From contig CAXXOU010000003.1 in the NCBI GenBank assembly GCA_963677495.2, positions 320,001-384,000 on the forward strand: a DNA stretch of 64,000 bases, given 5' to 3'. The translations under genes and the position numbers were made by a program. A model generated the notes under the pieces. It did no database searches. It was not told the origin of the DNA and saw only the letters and a list, made by a program, of their open reading frames with translations. The stretch is from Candidatus Cloacimonadales bacterium. Its GTDB lineage: Bacteria; Cloacimonadota; Cloacimonadia; Cloacimonadales; JAFGVF01. Positions 1 through 10,390 of this stretch are shown here, in pieces (the stretch's first letter is position 1; each line of letters opens with the position of its first letter).

Positions 1-1785
1 CCTGAGAATTATCAGATTCTACCAAACACAGTGCACAAGACTGAGATACCGGAGAGAGTTTCTAAGCAAAGACGAATCCTCTTTTTTGGGACCCTTAACT
101 CCGTAGCAAATCAAGATGCAATTGTAAACTTAAGCGAAAACATCTACCCACACCTTCATGAGTATCTTGTTGAGAACGATTTGATAATTGATGTAGTGGG
201 TAAAGGCCCTTTAGAGGGTATGAATGTGTACTACAAAGAGAGGATGAACCTCGTTGGGCCTGTTGATGATATAAAACAGATAATCTCTGATGCTGAGCTG
301 ATAATTTTACCAATTAGAATCGCTTCAGGGACCAGAACCAGGATTCTGGAGGCAGGTATCCTGGGGAAACCAATCGTAACAACCTCAATTGGGGCTGAAG
401 GCTTTACGTTTAATGAAGATGAGATCTCAATTATTGATGACCCCAAAGAGAATGCAGAACGTATAATCCATTTTATGGATAACCCACAAGAAGCAAAAGA
501 GATGGGGTTGAAACTACTAAAACGTTGTGAAGAGGACTACACTTGGGAATCAGTTGGGGAAAAACTTAATACGATGATACGAAGCACAAAAGAAAACAAA
601 GTAAATCAACGATTTAAGATAGCAATAGTGACAAATAGATTCTATCCTGAGGTTGGTGGAGCAGAGACAAATATCTACTTCCAGGCAAGAGAGCTTGTTC
701 TACGTGGACATGAGGTTACTGTATTCTGTCCAAAGAGAATTGAACGACCTCATAAAGAGGTGTATGATGGCATAAATGTAGTCAGAATGCCGGATTTATT
801 GGATAAAGAGAAAAGTTATCCCAATATTAAGACAAATACCTTATGCCCTGAAGTGTTTTTTGGTATCTTCTTTGGGAGATTTGATGTTGTAATGATGTTC
901 CCTGCATTTAGTTATAACAATTTGATGGCTTTCAAAGCAGCCAAGATGTCAGGAAAGCCGACAGTTTTATGCTCCTTTGATTTCCTTGATTATGCATCAA
1001 TTATAAAAGAAACAGGATTTGTTCCGAAAGATGCGCTAGATAAGGCATTACCAAAGATACATCACAGAATTTTCATGAGATACATGGACTTCATTTTTGC
1101 GATATCTAATAAGGAGATTGCACTATATAGAAAGTTTAACAAGAATGTTGGGTATTCACCTGTACCTATTCTTCTGAAAGAGTATGATATTGAAGTGGAG
1201 AATCCAAGAGCTAAGTATGATATAAAAGATGAGTTTGTATTCCTATCTCTTGGAAGGATATCAAACATTAAGGGACAAGATATAGCTCTAAAAGCTTTTG
1301 TGGAAGTTGCAGATAAGATCCCCGAAGCAAAGCTTGTTTATGTTGGCAGAAGTGATTATGAACCTGATTTCATTGCTGAAATGAGAGCGATTATCAAGAA
1401 CCATAACCTTGATGATAGAGTAATCTTTACCGGAATGGTTGAACGTGAAGAGGTTTTAGGTTGGTTGAAATACTCAGATATACATGTCATACCTGTAAGG
1501 TTCATGAACTCAGGTGCAGTTGTGGTTGAGAGCTGGATAAGCGGAACACCGGTTCTTCAGAGTGACGTAGTTGATCCTAATCTTGTAATAGAAGAGGAAA
1601 ACGGGTATCTTTTCCCAAGTGAAAATGTGAAGGTTTTGAGTGAGAAGATGGTCCTTGCTGTTGAGCAGAAAGATAAATTGGATGAGATGGCGAAGAAGGG
1701 CGAAAAACTTGTTCGTGAAAAATACACATACGAATATCTGTGCAGCTTGTATGAATCAACTTTTGCAGCTATTCAAAAACGATAG
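1..1785 (+). CDS. Glycosyltransferase family 4 protein with two GT4 domains (5' truncated by window start)
   Basis: Frame is open from position 1. The C-terminal half of one GT4 domain (ILPIRIASGTRTRILEA, GKPIVTTSIGAEG) is followed by a complete second GT4 domain (FYPEVGGAE, LGRISNIKGQD, VVVESWISGTPV). Confidence 0.9.
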   Translation, partial: PENYQILPNTVHKTEIPERVSKQRRILFFGTLNSVANQDAIVNLSENIYPHLHEYLVENDLIIDVVGKGPLEGMNVYYKERMNLVGPVDDIKQIISDAELIILPIRIASGTRTRILEAGILGKPIVTTSIGAEGFTFNEDEISIIDDPKENAERIIHFMDNPQEAKEMGLKLLKRCEEDYTWESVGEKLNTMIRSTKENKVNQRFKIAIVTNRFYPEVGGAETNIYFQARELVLRGHEVTVFCPKRIERPHKEVYDGINVVRMPDLLDKEKSYPNIKTNTLCPEVFFGIFFGRFDVVMMFPAFSYNNLMAFKAAKMSGKPTVLCSFDFLDYASIIKETGFVPKDALDKALPKIHHRIFMRYMDFIFAISNKEIALYRKFNKNVGYSPVPILLKEYDIEVENPRAKYDIKDEFVFLSLGRISNIKGQDIALKAFVEVADKIPEAKLVYVGRSDYEPDFIAEMRAIIKNHNLDDRVIFTGMVEREEVLGWLKYSDIHVIPVRFMNSGAVVVESWISGTPVLQSDVVDPNLVIEEENGYLFPSENVKVLSEKMVLAVEQKDKLDEMAKKGEKLVREKYTYEYLCSLYESTFAAIQKR

Positions 1786-1796
1786 GATGGGCTTTT

Positions 1797-2954
1797 ATGC
1801 AAAGTGATAAGAAGATAGTATTTGTTAACACTAATTGTGGTTTTGTAGGGGGAGTAGAGAGTTACATCCATAAAGTAGCAGGATTACTGAAAAGAGATGG
1901 CTGGAAGGTTTATGGCTTCTTTGAGAAAAAAGCTGGGAAACAAGAAGGCTTTGAAGAGCCTTTTGCAAATGTATATCTTAACCAAAAGAAGGTCAGAAAT
2001 GATGTTTTGACAATACTTCGAGATACCGGATGCAAATTAGCCTTTATTCATAAAATTAGTGATCCGGAATTATTACAAATAATCAGAAAGAATTTTAAGA
2101 CAATAAGCTTTATTCATGACCATGACTATTACTGCTTAAGAAGACATAAATATTTCGTATTCCAAAGAAAAAATTGCAAGTTACCTTTTAATAAATACTA
2201 TTGTATGGCCTGTTCTCTTGGTCTTGATACAAGTGGTGAGTTGCCGGGGTTAATCAAATTAAATGACAAAACAAGATTGCTTGATATTATTAAAAGGTGT
2301 GATGTGACATTAGCAATGTCTGATTATATGATACACAATTTGGAGAAAAATGGATGGAATATGGGAAAAGTAAAGAAACTCCATCCGATTTTTGAAGTTT
2401 CAGAACGCTCATCTAAGCCACCCAACAGTATCCCTGTTCTTTTATATGTAGGTCAGCTTATTAAAGGGAAAGGTGTCGATTATCTGTTGCAGGCAGTCAG
2501 CAAAATATACCATCCGTTGAGACTAATGATAATTGGAACAGGAAATGAAGAGCAAAACCTTAAAAACTTGGCTAAATCACTAAAACTTGATGATAGAGTA
2601 GAGTTTGTTGGCTGGACATCTGAGGTTGAGAAGTTTTATAAACAAGCTGATGTGGTGGTGGTCCCATCTAGATGGCAAGAGCCATTTGGCTTAGTAGGCC
2701 TTGAAGCGTTCTCATATCAAACTCCGGTTGTTGGCTTTAATGTAGGTGGAATAACTGAATGGTTACATGATAAACGTAATGGTTTGGTCGCACAACCAAG
2801 AGATGTAAAAGATTTAGCAGAGAAGATTGAAAGCCTACTTGGGAATCAGGCTCTGTGTTCTGACCTTGGGAAGGAAGGATATAAATTTGTAAGAGATAAC
2901 TTTACTGAGAAACAGTTCCTTGCTCGTTTTTATGAGATAATATCAGAGTTATAG
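1797..2954 (+). CDS. Glycosyltransferase family 4
   Basis: GGVESY, YVGQLIKGKGVD and VVPSRWQEPFGLVGLEA motifs. Confidence 0.92.
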   Translation: MQSDKKIVFVNTNCGFVGGVESYIHKVAGLLKRDGWKVYGFFEKKAGKQEGFEEPFANVYLNQKKVRNDVLTILRDTGCKLAFIHKISDPELLQIIRKNFKTISFIHDHDYYCLRRHKYFVFQRKNCKLPFNKYYCMACSLGLDTSGELPGLIKLNDKTRLLDIIKRCDVTLAMSDYMIHNLEKNGWNMGKVKKLHPIFEVSERSSKPPNSIPVLLYVGQLIKGKGVDYLLQAVSKIYHPLRLMIIGTGNEEQNLKNLAKSLKLDDRVEFVGWTSEVEKFYKQADVVVVPSRWQEPFGLVGLEAFSYQTPVVGFNVGGITEWLHDKRNGLVAQPRDVKDLAEKIESLLGNQALCSDLGKEGYKFVRDNFTEKQFLARFYEIISEL

Positions 2955-2962
2955 AGGTACTT

Positions 2963-4153
2963 TTGTTTAGACTACTCGAAAACATACTGGCGATAATAAT
3001 GGTTCTGATAGTAAATCCATTGCTTACTGTTTGGTTGGCAATAGTTGGATTGCTGAAAGGGCGCAAACTCTTTATAGAAAAAGAGATATATCTCCAAGGT
3101 GTTAAGCAAAGAGTTAAAATCTTTAATACAGATAAACCTTTACTAGCATTACAACCTTTGTATACTAAGGTTTTAAGTGGAACAATGAGTGTTGCCGGAA
3201 CATCGATTAGAGTTGTTGGAGAAGATGAGCCTTCTAAGCATAAAGGGAAGCCCGGTTTATACAGTGTTGTTTTACTTAGAAGACTGAGTAGGATAGACTA
3301 TGAAAGTAAAGAGATAACAGATTTAGAGTACTTAGATAACAAATCGTTTAAGAAGGATCTTATGATGCTAGTGAAAGCAATGTTACAGTTGCGTACATCA
3401 GATCCTGATTATGAAAAACCTGAGAGAATCAGACTTTTAGACGTTGAGTTCCTAAATTTAACTATGAATGATGCACTGAATAAGATTTCTGGAGTGATAG
3501 ATTCCGGACAAAAAGAGATGTTTGCCTTTATGAATCCTGACTGCTTCAATAAACTGTTTCAGGACCAAGAATACCTGAAGTTGATGCAGAATTGTAAAAA
3601 TATTTTCCCGGATGGTTCCGGTATAAATTTAGCTTGCAAAATTATCAAGAAGCAATTAGTTCATAATGTTAATGGAACTGACATGCTACCATACTTGTGT
3701 CAAATGGCTGAGGAAAAAGGTTATAGGATATTTTTACTTGGAGCCGCACCCGGAGTAGCAGAAAAAATGAAAAAAAGTCTTGTATCAAAATATAGGAGAT
3801 TAATAATAAGTGACGTTGAAGATGGATACTTTAATCGCGAGACTGAATCTGATAGAGTCATTCAGAAAATCAACGATTCGAATAGTCAGATTTTGTTAGT
3901 TGCTTTTGGAGTTCCTCTTCAGGAGAAATGGTTACGGGCCCATTTAATGGAGCTAAGTATAAATGTTGGAATGGGAGTTGGAGGATTATTTGATTTCTAT
4001 TCAGGCAACATGCCTAGGGCACCTAAATGGATGCGAGAATTAGGATTAGAGTGGGTTTTTAGATTATTGATGGAGCCTAAAAGAATGTGGCGACGTTATA
4101 TAATCGGAAATCCTTTATTCGTGAGACGAGTGAAAATCTGGAACAAAGGCTAG
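2963..4153 (+). CDS. WecB/TagA/CpsF family glycosyltransferase with N-terminal degenerate sugar-transferase-like region
   Basis: FPDGSGI, VNGTDML, VAFGVPLQEKW, GVGGLFDF and LEWVFRLLMEPKRMWRRY; N-terminal GTMSVAGT...KPGL resembles a Bac_transf remnant. Confidence 0.9.
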   Translation: MFRLLENILAIIMVLIVNPLLTVWLAIVGLLKGRKLFIEKEIYLQGVKQRVKIFNTDKPLLALQPLYTKVLSGTMSVAGTSIRVVGEDEPSKHKGKPGLYSVVLLRRLSRIDYESKEITDLEYLDNKSFKKDLMMLVKAMLQLRTSDPDYEKPERIRLLDVEFLNLTMNDALNKISGVIDSGQKEMFAFMNPDCFNKLFQDQEYLKLMQNCKNIFPDGSGINLACKIIKKQLVHNVNGTDMLPYLCQMAEEKGYRIFLLGAAPGVAEKMKKSLVSKYRRLIISDVEDGYFNRETESDRVIQKINDSNSQILLVAFGVPLQEKWLRAHLMELSINVGMGVGGLFDFYSGNMPRAPKWMRELGLEWVFRLLMEPKRMWRRYIIGNPLFVRRVKIWNKG

Positions 4154-4157
4154 GAAA

Positions 4158-4877
4158 GTGAAGACGAGAACAAAACAGCATCAGATATTGATGGATCGAA
4201 TAGCAAAATATTCTGTAAAAGCAAGTAAAACCAAGATAATGCTTAAGATGTCAAGTTGGGAGTGGACAGTTGGTTTTGCCAAGTTTTTGAAGCATTCAGT
4301 AGATTTTATAGGTTCATTAATTCTAATAATTCTACTCTCACCAGTGTTTATTTTTACAATGCTGGCAATATATATTGATGATCCCGGTCCGGTTTTCTAT
4401 ATTGCTCCCAGGGTTGGGAAGGATGGTAGAAACTTTGGATTTATAAAGTTTCGATCAATGGTTTTGAATGCGGATAAACTAAAAGATAAATTGTTGGAAG
4501 ATAACGAGTCTTCAGATGGTGTGATTTTTAAGATGAAACGTGACCCTAGAGTAACGAAAATTGGTCGTTTCATTAGAAGATTCAGTATTGATGAGCTTCC
4601 GCAATTGGTAAATGTTTTAAAAGGTGATATGAGCCTTGTTGGGCCACGTCCACCTTTACCAAGAGAGGTCGCAGAATACACGCTTGAAGACAGAAAACGC
4701 CTTCATGTTACTCCTGGAATCACATGCTTATGGCAAGTTGGAGGAAGAAGTGAAATCCCGTTTAGTGAACAAGTTGAGCTAGATAAACAGTATATTCAAA
4801 GTAAAAGCCTATGGAATGATATAAAAATATTAATAAAAACAATCCCTGCTGTACTTAGTGGCAAGGGAGCATATTAG
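4158..4877 (+). CDS. Priming undecaprenyl-phosphate sugar phosphotransferase (Bac_transf; WcaJ/EpsL-like)
   Basis: KFRSM, DPRVTKIGRFIRRFSIDELPQLVNVLKGDMSLVGPRP and PGITCLWQV. Confidence 0.93.
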   Translation: MKTRTKQHQILMDRIAKYSVKASKTKIMLKMSSWEWTVGFAKFLKHSVDFIGSLILIILLSPVFIFTMLAIYIDDPGPVFYIAPRVGKDGRNFGFIKFRSMVLNADKLKDKLLEDNESSDGVIFKMKRDPRVTKIGRFIRRFSIDELPQLVNVLKGDMSLVGPRPPLPREVAEYTLEDRKRLHVTPGITCLWQVGGRSEIPFSEQVELDKQYIQSKSLWNDIKILIKTIPAVLSGKGAY

Positions 4878-4890
4878 ATTGGAGGAAAAA

Positions 4891-5223
4891 TTGTTCGAGT
4901 TCACAAAAAAGGATAATGTGGGAATTCTTGAAATTTCCGGACGATTAGACGCATACACAGCTCCAAATCTTAAAACTATGTTTAAAGATTTAATGGAAGA
5001 TACACGCTATTTTGTTTTTGATTTACATGCTATGGATTTTCTAGATAGTACCGGATTAGGTAGTATCGTTTCATGCCTAAAATCTGCTACAGCTAATGGT
5101 GGAGATATCTGTATAGCGCAAATGGCTGATAAACCAAGAATGGTTTTTGAGATAACAAGAGCATTTAAGATTTTTGAAATATATGATGATTTAGAGGCTG
5201 CAGTCGAAAGTTTTAACTTATAA
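4891..5223 (+). CDS. STAS-domain anti-sigma factor antagonist
   Basis: GRLDAYTAP and MDFLDSTGLG with the conserved phospho-acceptor Ser. Start moved to TTG 4891, after GGAGG at 4881. Confidence 0.88.
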   Translation: MFEFTKKDNVGILEISGRLDAYTAPNLKTMFKDLMEDTRYFVFDLHAMDFLDSTGLGSIVSCLKSATANGGDICIAQMADKPRMVFEITRAFKIFEIYDDLEAAVESFNL

Positions 5224-5232
5224 GGTGTGCCT

Positions 5233-6612
5233 ATGAAAGGTCTGATTATTGCCCGAGAAGAGCCAGCTAAGTGGATAAAAAGCTATTTTAGAGGGATAGA
5301 CCCTTACTTACTCAAAATAGCTAATAAACCTCTTCTAGAATACTTTGTAGATTTAATGCAGATTATTGGTATTGAAGAGATCCGATTTGTTTACGATTAC
5401 TCTTCTTGTGAAATCAATGATTATTTTGGTGACGGCACCAAATGGGGACTAAATTTTAGTTATAGCCTCTTCAAACCGGAGGATTCTCTTGAGAAGATAT
5501 ATTTGAAGAATAAGTCATTTGCAAAAGACTGTAAATTACTTATTGTTGAAGGATATAATTTTCTACAGTATAATAAGAACAATGCAAGTCAGGATTGTGT
5601 TTGTCAGCTAAATGGTAGAACTCATCTTGGTAATGTCAGACTTGTTGAAGAGAAAGACTACAAAGAGGTTTTCCATTGCGAGATCCAGGAAAATAACCCT
5701 AAGTTAGTGCCTATTGATTCTATTAAAGCATATTTTGATTTAAGTATGATGGTTATTGATGAAGGTGCCGATAACTATGTTTTGCCGGGATACTCGTCAG
5801 AGGAGAAGGCTTATATAGGAGCTGATTCATCTTACCCACGTACTGTAGCTCCTGACAAACCTATCATGATGGGGAACCATGTAAGAATTCATGATATGGT
5901 CATTATTGGTCCGGATGTAATTGTTGGCAATAACTCTATTATTGATTCAATGACCACAATAAAGAATAGCATCATTTATGATAATACATATATCGGACAA
6001 GAATTAGACATCATAAATAAAATCGTATATAAGAATACACTAATTTCAGCAGAGACAGGTGAAAGTATTAGTATGAATGAAAACTTTTTACTTTCAGGTG
6101 TTGAAAGGAAATATCTTGTATCATCGCTACAATTAATGATACAATATCTTTTGGCATCGATTTTGTTTATAGTTCAAGTTATACCATTCATACTGTTTTC
6201 TCCCATGCTGTTACTTTGGATAAAGAAGTATTCCATGAAGAAATATCATTTAATGGATAAAGCCTTCAACACAAAAAGGTTATTGAGTTTTAAAATGGAG
6301 AATAAGCCATTTCTTATGAAAGTATTTCTTTGGTTATCTTTAGATAAGTTCATTCTCCTCCCAAGGTTTTTTAAAGGTGATATTCTTCTAATGGGAAATA
6401 CTATAATGCAAGATAGAAAAGAGTATAGATATATTGTCAGAGATTTACCTTTCTATAAACCCGGTATCTTCAGTTATAGTGAAAGTTTAGGACGGGATAT
6501 ACCTGAAGAGATCGAGATACATGAAAGAGTTTATTCTAGTGAACCTACTTTTTTTAGAGACCAGACTATATTTTTTGTAACGCTATTCAAAAGATTGGTT
6601 GGTACTATCTAA
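5233..6612 (+). CDS. NDP-sugar synthase-like (nucleotidyltransferase + left-handed beta-helix) protein with C-terminal degenerate sugar-transferase domain
   Basis: LLKIANKPLLEY and YFGDGTKWG in the NTP_transferase-like region; hexapeptide repeats (IIGPDVIVGNNSIID); a TM segment; then GDILLMGN...KPGIF. Confidence 0.75.
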   Translation: MKGLIIAREEPAKWIKSYFRGIDPYLLKIANKPLLEYFVDLMQIIGIEEIRFVYDYSSCEINDYFGDGTKWGLNFSYSLFKPEDSLEKIYLKNKSFAKDCKLLIVEGYNFLQYNKNNASQDCVCQLNGRTHLGNVRLVEEKDYKEVFHCEIQENNPKLVPIDSIKAYFDLSMMVIDEGADNYVLPGYSSEEKAYIGADSSYPRTVAPDKPIMMGNHVRIHDMVIIGPDVIVGNNSIIDSMTTIKNSIIYDNTYIGQELDIINKIVYKNTLISAETGESISMNENFLLSGVERKYLVSSLQLMIQYLLASILFIVQVIPFILFSPMLLLWIKKYSMKKYHLMDKAFNTKRLLSFKMENKPFLMKVFLWLSLDKFILLPRFFKGDILLMGNTIMQDRKEYRYIVRDLPFYKPGIFSYSESLGRDIPEEIEIHERVYSSEPTFFRDQTIFFVTLFKRLVGTI

Positions 6613-7238
6613 TGATCAAAAGAAAGAGTTTAATTCTTATTTCAGGTGGAACCTGTTCTGGCAAAACAACAATAACACGTGAAATTCAAAAGATCCTCAG
6701 CGATAGTAAGGTTGTGCACATATCACAAGACAATTATTACAGGGATTTAGGACACTTATCTGATGCGGAAGCTTCACTTGAAAATTTTGATCATCCTGAT
6801 GCTATCGACCACGTAAAGCTACTGTCAGATATTAGAAAGCTATTAAATGGGGAGCGGATTGCTATCCCTGATTATAATTTCATAACTCATAGACAGATCC
6901 CGGATGCAATTCCCATAAAAGATATTGATGTAATCATTCTGGAAGGAATATTTTGCTTATTTTACAAGCAAATAGTAAATCTAGCAGACCTTAAAATCTT
7001 TGTAGATGTGGATGATGATATAAGACTTGCAAGGCGGATAAAGCGTGACATTAAAGATCGAGGATACACTATAGACTCTGTCTTAGAAAAATATTTACAT
7101 CAAGTAAAGCCGATGCATGAATTATATATTGAGCCAAGTAAAAAGAATGCTGATTTAATCGTTCCCGGAGAAAAGAAATTTGATAGAGTATTAAGCATTT
7201 TATGCAACTACCTTAGCAGTGAGTTTATTAATGGGTAA
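6612..7238 (+). CDS. udk: Uridine kinase
   Basis: GGTCSGKTT, SQDNYY, NFDHPDA, ILEGI, DIRLARRIKRD and KPMHELYIEPSK. Confidence 0.92.
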   Translation: MIKRKSLILISGGTCSGKTTITREIQKILSDSKVVHISQDNYYRDLGHLSDAEASLENFDHPDAIDHVKLLSDIRKLLNGERIAIPDYNFITHRQIPDAIPIKDIDVIILEGIFCLFYKQIVNLADLKIFVDVDDDIRLARRIKRDIKDRGYTIDSVLEKYLHQVKPMHELYIEPSKKNADLIVPGEKKFDRVLSILCNYLSSEFING

Positions 7239-8370
7239 ATATACTCCTTTTGAAAATTCGTATATTGATTCAAAGATTGATTCACATATGGATAGAGTTG
7301 TTGATGAAGTCTTCAAAGTTATACCTCCCAAAAATATTAAAGCTATAATATTAGGGGGAGGATATGGACGCGGTGAAGGTGGTATTCTTCATGAGAATGG
7401 AGAGGATTTTCTCTTCAACGATTATGATCTTTTTGTTATTACTCCTAATATCCCACGTAAATTATCTAAGGAGATCGACAGAAAGTTACTCAAAGTCCAC
7501 AAATTGCTAACTAAAGAGATTGGTATTGATGTTGATTTTGGACCCTGTAAGTCTGTTAATTTCCTTAAAAAAGCTCCTTTTTGGCTTGTGTATTATGAGC
7601 TGAAATATGGGCACAAAGTGATCTACGGTGATAAGCGTGTTTTAAACTATCTTCCATCATGGGACGGAAGTAATATCGATCTTGAAGAAGGTCTTAAGCT
7701 CATGCTTAATAGAGGCGTTGCATTAATGCAGAGTAGGCAATCACTACTTCATTTTGATACCGATTCAATTGAGTATGTTTGCAGGAACAACTATAAGGCA
7801 ATAATGGCGATGGGAGATGCCTTGATAATGAGTGAGGGACTGTATAATTACTCATATCTAAAGCGTAGAATGATAATCGCAAACCTAAAGATTTCAGTGA
7901 ATAAGAACTTATTAATCGAAACAAATCTTGTAAAAGATTACGAATCAGCTATTGATTTTAAAATGAATCCTCAATACCCATTTTCAACACAGGAAGAGTT
8001 ATGGAATTGGACCACCTTGTTAATCGATAAATTCCAAGTAATATTCTACCACTTATTCCAATTATATACAGGATATGAGGGAAATTTCGCCAAAAATGAG
8101 TATGAATATTTCGTAGATTATAAATTATTCTTCGATAAGTCAGTGAAATGTGTCGCAAAAAACATTTATTATTGGTTAAAAAATCGAGGCTATAAAAATC
8201 TACTATTCCGTGACTTAATAAGACACCCAAGGGTGCAATTATTCAAGGGTTTGCCCTTCTTATTATTTAATGATAGATTGAGGGAGATTCAAGAAATTAA
8301 AAAAGAAATATCCAGTGAATGGGAAATTAAAGTTGACAACTTTTTAAATGTATGGAGTATGTACAATTAG
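7231..8370 (+). CDS. Hypothetical protein with Pol-beta-type nucleotidyltransferase motif
   Basis: IILGGGYGRGEG...NDYDL...DVD matches the hG[GS]x..DxD..D signature. The ATG at 7231 overlaps the udk stop. Confidence 0.65.
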   Translation: MGKYTPFENSYIDSKIDSHMDRVVDEVFKVIPPKNIKAIILGGGYGRGEGGILHENGEDFLFNDYDLFVITPNIPRKLSKEIDRKLLKVHKLLTKEIGIDVDFGPCKSVNFLKKAPFWLVYYELKYGHKVIYGDKRVLNYLPSWDGSNIDLEEGLKLMLNRGVALMQSRQSLLHFDTDSIEYVCRNNYKAIMAMGDALIMSEGLYNYSYLKRRMIIANLKISVNKNLLIETNLVKDYESAIDFKMNPQYPFSTQEELWNWTTLLIDKFQVIFYHLFQLYTGYEGNFAKNEYEYFVDYKLFFDKSVKCVAKNIYYWLKNRGYKNLLFRDLIRHPRVQLFKGLPFLLFNDRLREIQEIKKEISSEWEIKVDNFLNVWSMYN

Positions 8371-8386
8371 CTGAGGTATTAAAAAA

Positions 8387-10390
8387 ATGGCAGAAGAACA
8401 AAAAAACACGCAACCCATTCAAGAGCAGTCAAGTAGATTTGTTTTAGATAGGAAGGTATTAATTACCTCCTTTTTCAAGAATTTTAAGCTGATTGTAATC
8501 ATCACATTAGCAGTCATGTTTTTGGCTGCACTTTTCTCTATTATATTTGTGAGACCTATATGGAAGGCAGATTGTTACTTGATTCGTTACAGTAAAAATA
8601 TGGCTACACCGGATGATTTGCCATACCTTTATCAGACTTTTGATATTAATACTATTCTGGAAACCATGAAAACTAGAGATGTTATGTTGTCTGCAATTGA
8701 TAAGTTAGACCTTTCAATGTCTCCTGAGCAGTTATCACGATCCGTGATTCCAAAGCGTGGAGGCAGATCGAACATCCTTATCTATTCTGTTCAATATTCG
8801 GATGCTGATTCTGCTGCAATCTTAGCAAATACTCTTGCTCAATGTTTTATTGATAATACTACGAAACTGCAAAATTCTTCTGTAAATAAAATCTACGATT
8901 ACTACATTGACCAGAGAAGAAGAACTAAGAATAAAATTGATAGTCTGGAAATAGAGATGGAGAAGTTCAGAACTCGATATGGTATAATAGATATAGAGAA
9001 TGAAACAGAAGCTAAATTCCAGCAATTAAATCAGATAGAACTTGAACAAACCAAAAATAAGCTTTCAATGACTGAGATGCGAACCAAAATTGAAGAGCTT
9101 GGGAATATCATGGACGAAGTTCCTGAAGAGATCATGATTGGTTGGGTGTATAATGGTTCTGAGGAACTGAAGTTATTGCAATTGAAAAAGGAACTTGATG
9201 TTTTAAGAACAAGATACACCGATGAAAATCCGAAAGTCAAAAAAGCTCTATATGAGATTCAAGAATTACAAAGAAGAATCATAGATGGTAATAAATATCC
9301 TGAAATACCGGATGAGACTAGTTGGGGACCAAACAACCTATTACAGTCATTCGAAGGTGACATTGCTCGTTATCAGGGAGAATTGAGTGCTGCGACTCAG
9401 TTGCAGGATGATTATGAATCAGATATAAGAAGGTTGAAGCGTGGTCTAAGGGATTTGAACTATCTCCAGAAGACATATTTTGAATTGAAGCGATTACTCG
9501 ACTTGAATAGGGATATACTTAGGATTATTGAAGGAAGAATTTCTGAATCCAAAATGGCTATGGATTCAAACACAAGTGACTTTGATATCCTTGAACCAGC
9601 CAAAACTCCTCCTTGGCCACAGGGTTTGAATAAAAAGATTATCGTTTTAGGAACAGGTATCTTTATTTTTGCTCTGATGGTTGTGATTGTTATTGGTAGA
9701 GAGGTATTGGACTTCACAGTTAAATCAGCTGTTGATGTTTACGACTTTGTTAATATTCCTGTAATTGGCATGATTCCAAATGAAGAATCTGTTTCCTCAG
9801 AGATCTTCTATAAAAGTATACAATCGACGATGGCAGATGTTATAGAACGAACATCAGACTTCCATCCTGCTATAGTAACATATGGATCGGTTATAGCTGA
9901 AAGCGGAAAATCATTCTTAATCCAAGAGATGATTAACTTGCTATTAGATAATAATAAGAAAGTGCTATATATAGATTCAATCAATGCTGTGACGGAAGAA
10001 ATTATGCCATATGTTGTAAATCCTGCTATATACAATAGTGATGTAAATGTAGCATTTAATGAACTATCTGAGAATCTTAGCAAAGGTTATTTCTACTTAG
10101 AAGAGAACCTTAACAGAAAGATTATCAGTAACGAGAATATGATTAATTTCTTCAGACAAGTATCTAAATTTGACTACGTAGTTTGGGAGCTCTTTGAATA
10201 TAGCCAGAATTCATATGTATTTGGTTCTATCGCTTCTACATCAGATATGCTGATAATGGTTAATAGATTCAGATTTACTAATAAATTCCAACTTAGATCG
10301 GTTGTTGATCAACTGAAAGAGAAGGGTATTGATAACATATGCAGTATAATCAACTTCATCGATAAGGAGTACTACAATGATAAAATGTAA
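8387..10390 (+). CDS. Wzc/GumC-like polysaccharide co-polymerase
   Basis: Two TM segments flank a coiled-coil periplasmic region (RYTDENPKV, ILEPAKTP); cytoplasmic domain has a degenerate Walker A (AESGKS) and a terminal EYY. Confidence 0.85.
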   Translation: MAEEQKNTQPIQEQSSRFVLDRKVLITSFFKNFKLIVIITLAVMFLAALFSIIFVRPIWKADCYLIRYSKNMATPDDLPYLYQTFDINTILETMKTRDVMLSAIDKLDLSMSPEQLSRSVIPKRGGRSNILIYSVQYSDADSAAILANTLAQCFIDNTTKLQNSSVNKIYDYYIDQRRRTKNKIDSLEIEMEKFRTRYGIIDIENETEAKFQQLNQIELEQTKNKLSMTEMRTKIEELGNIMDEVPEEIMIGWVYNGSEELKLLQLKKELDVLRTRYTDENPKVKKALYEIQELQRRIIDGNKYPEIPDETSWGPNNLLQSFEGDIARYQGELSAATQLQDDYESDIRRLKRGLRDLNYLQKTYFELKRLLDLNRDILRIIEGRISESKMAMDSNTSDFDILEPAKTPPWPQGLNKKIIVLGTGIFIFALMVVIVIGREVLDFTVKSAVDVYDFVNIPVIGMIPNEESVSSEIFYKSIQSTMADVIERTSDFHPAIVTYGSVIAESGKSFLIQEMINLLLDNNKKVLYIDSINAVTEEIMPYVVNPAIYNSDVNVAFNELSENLSKGYFYLEENLNRKIISNENMINFFRQVSKFDYVVWELFEYSQNSYVFGSIASTSDMLIMVNRFRFTNKFQLRSVVDQLKEKGIDNICSIINFIDKEYYNDKM

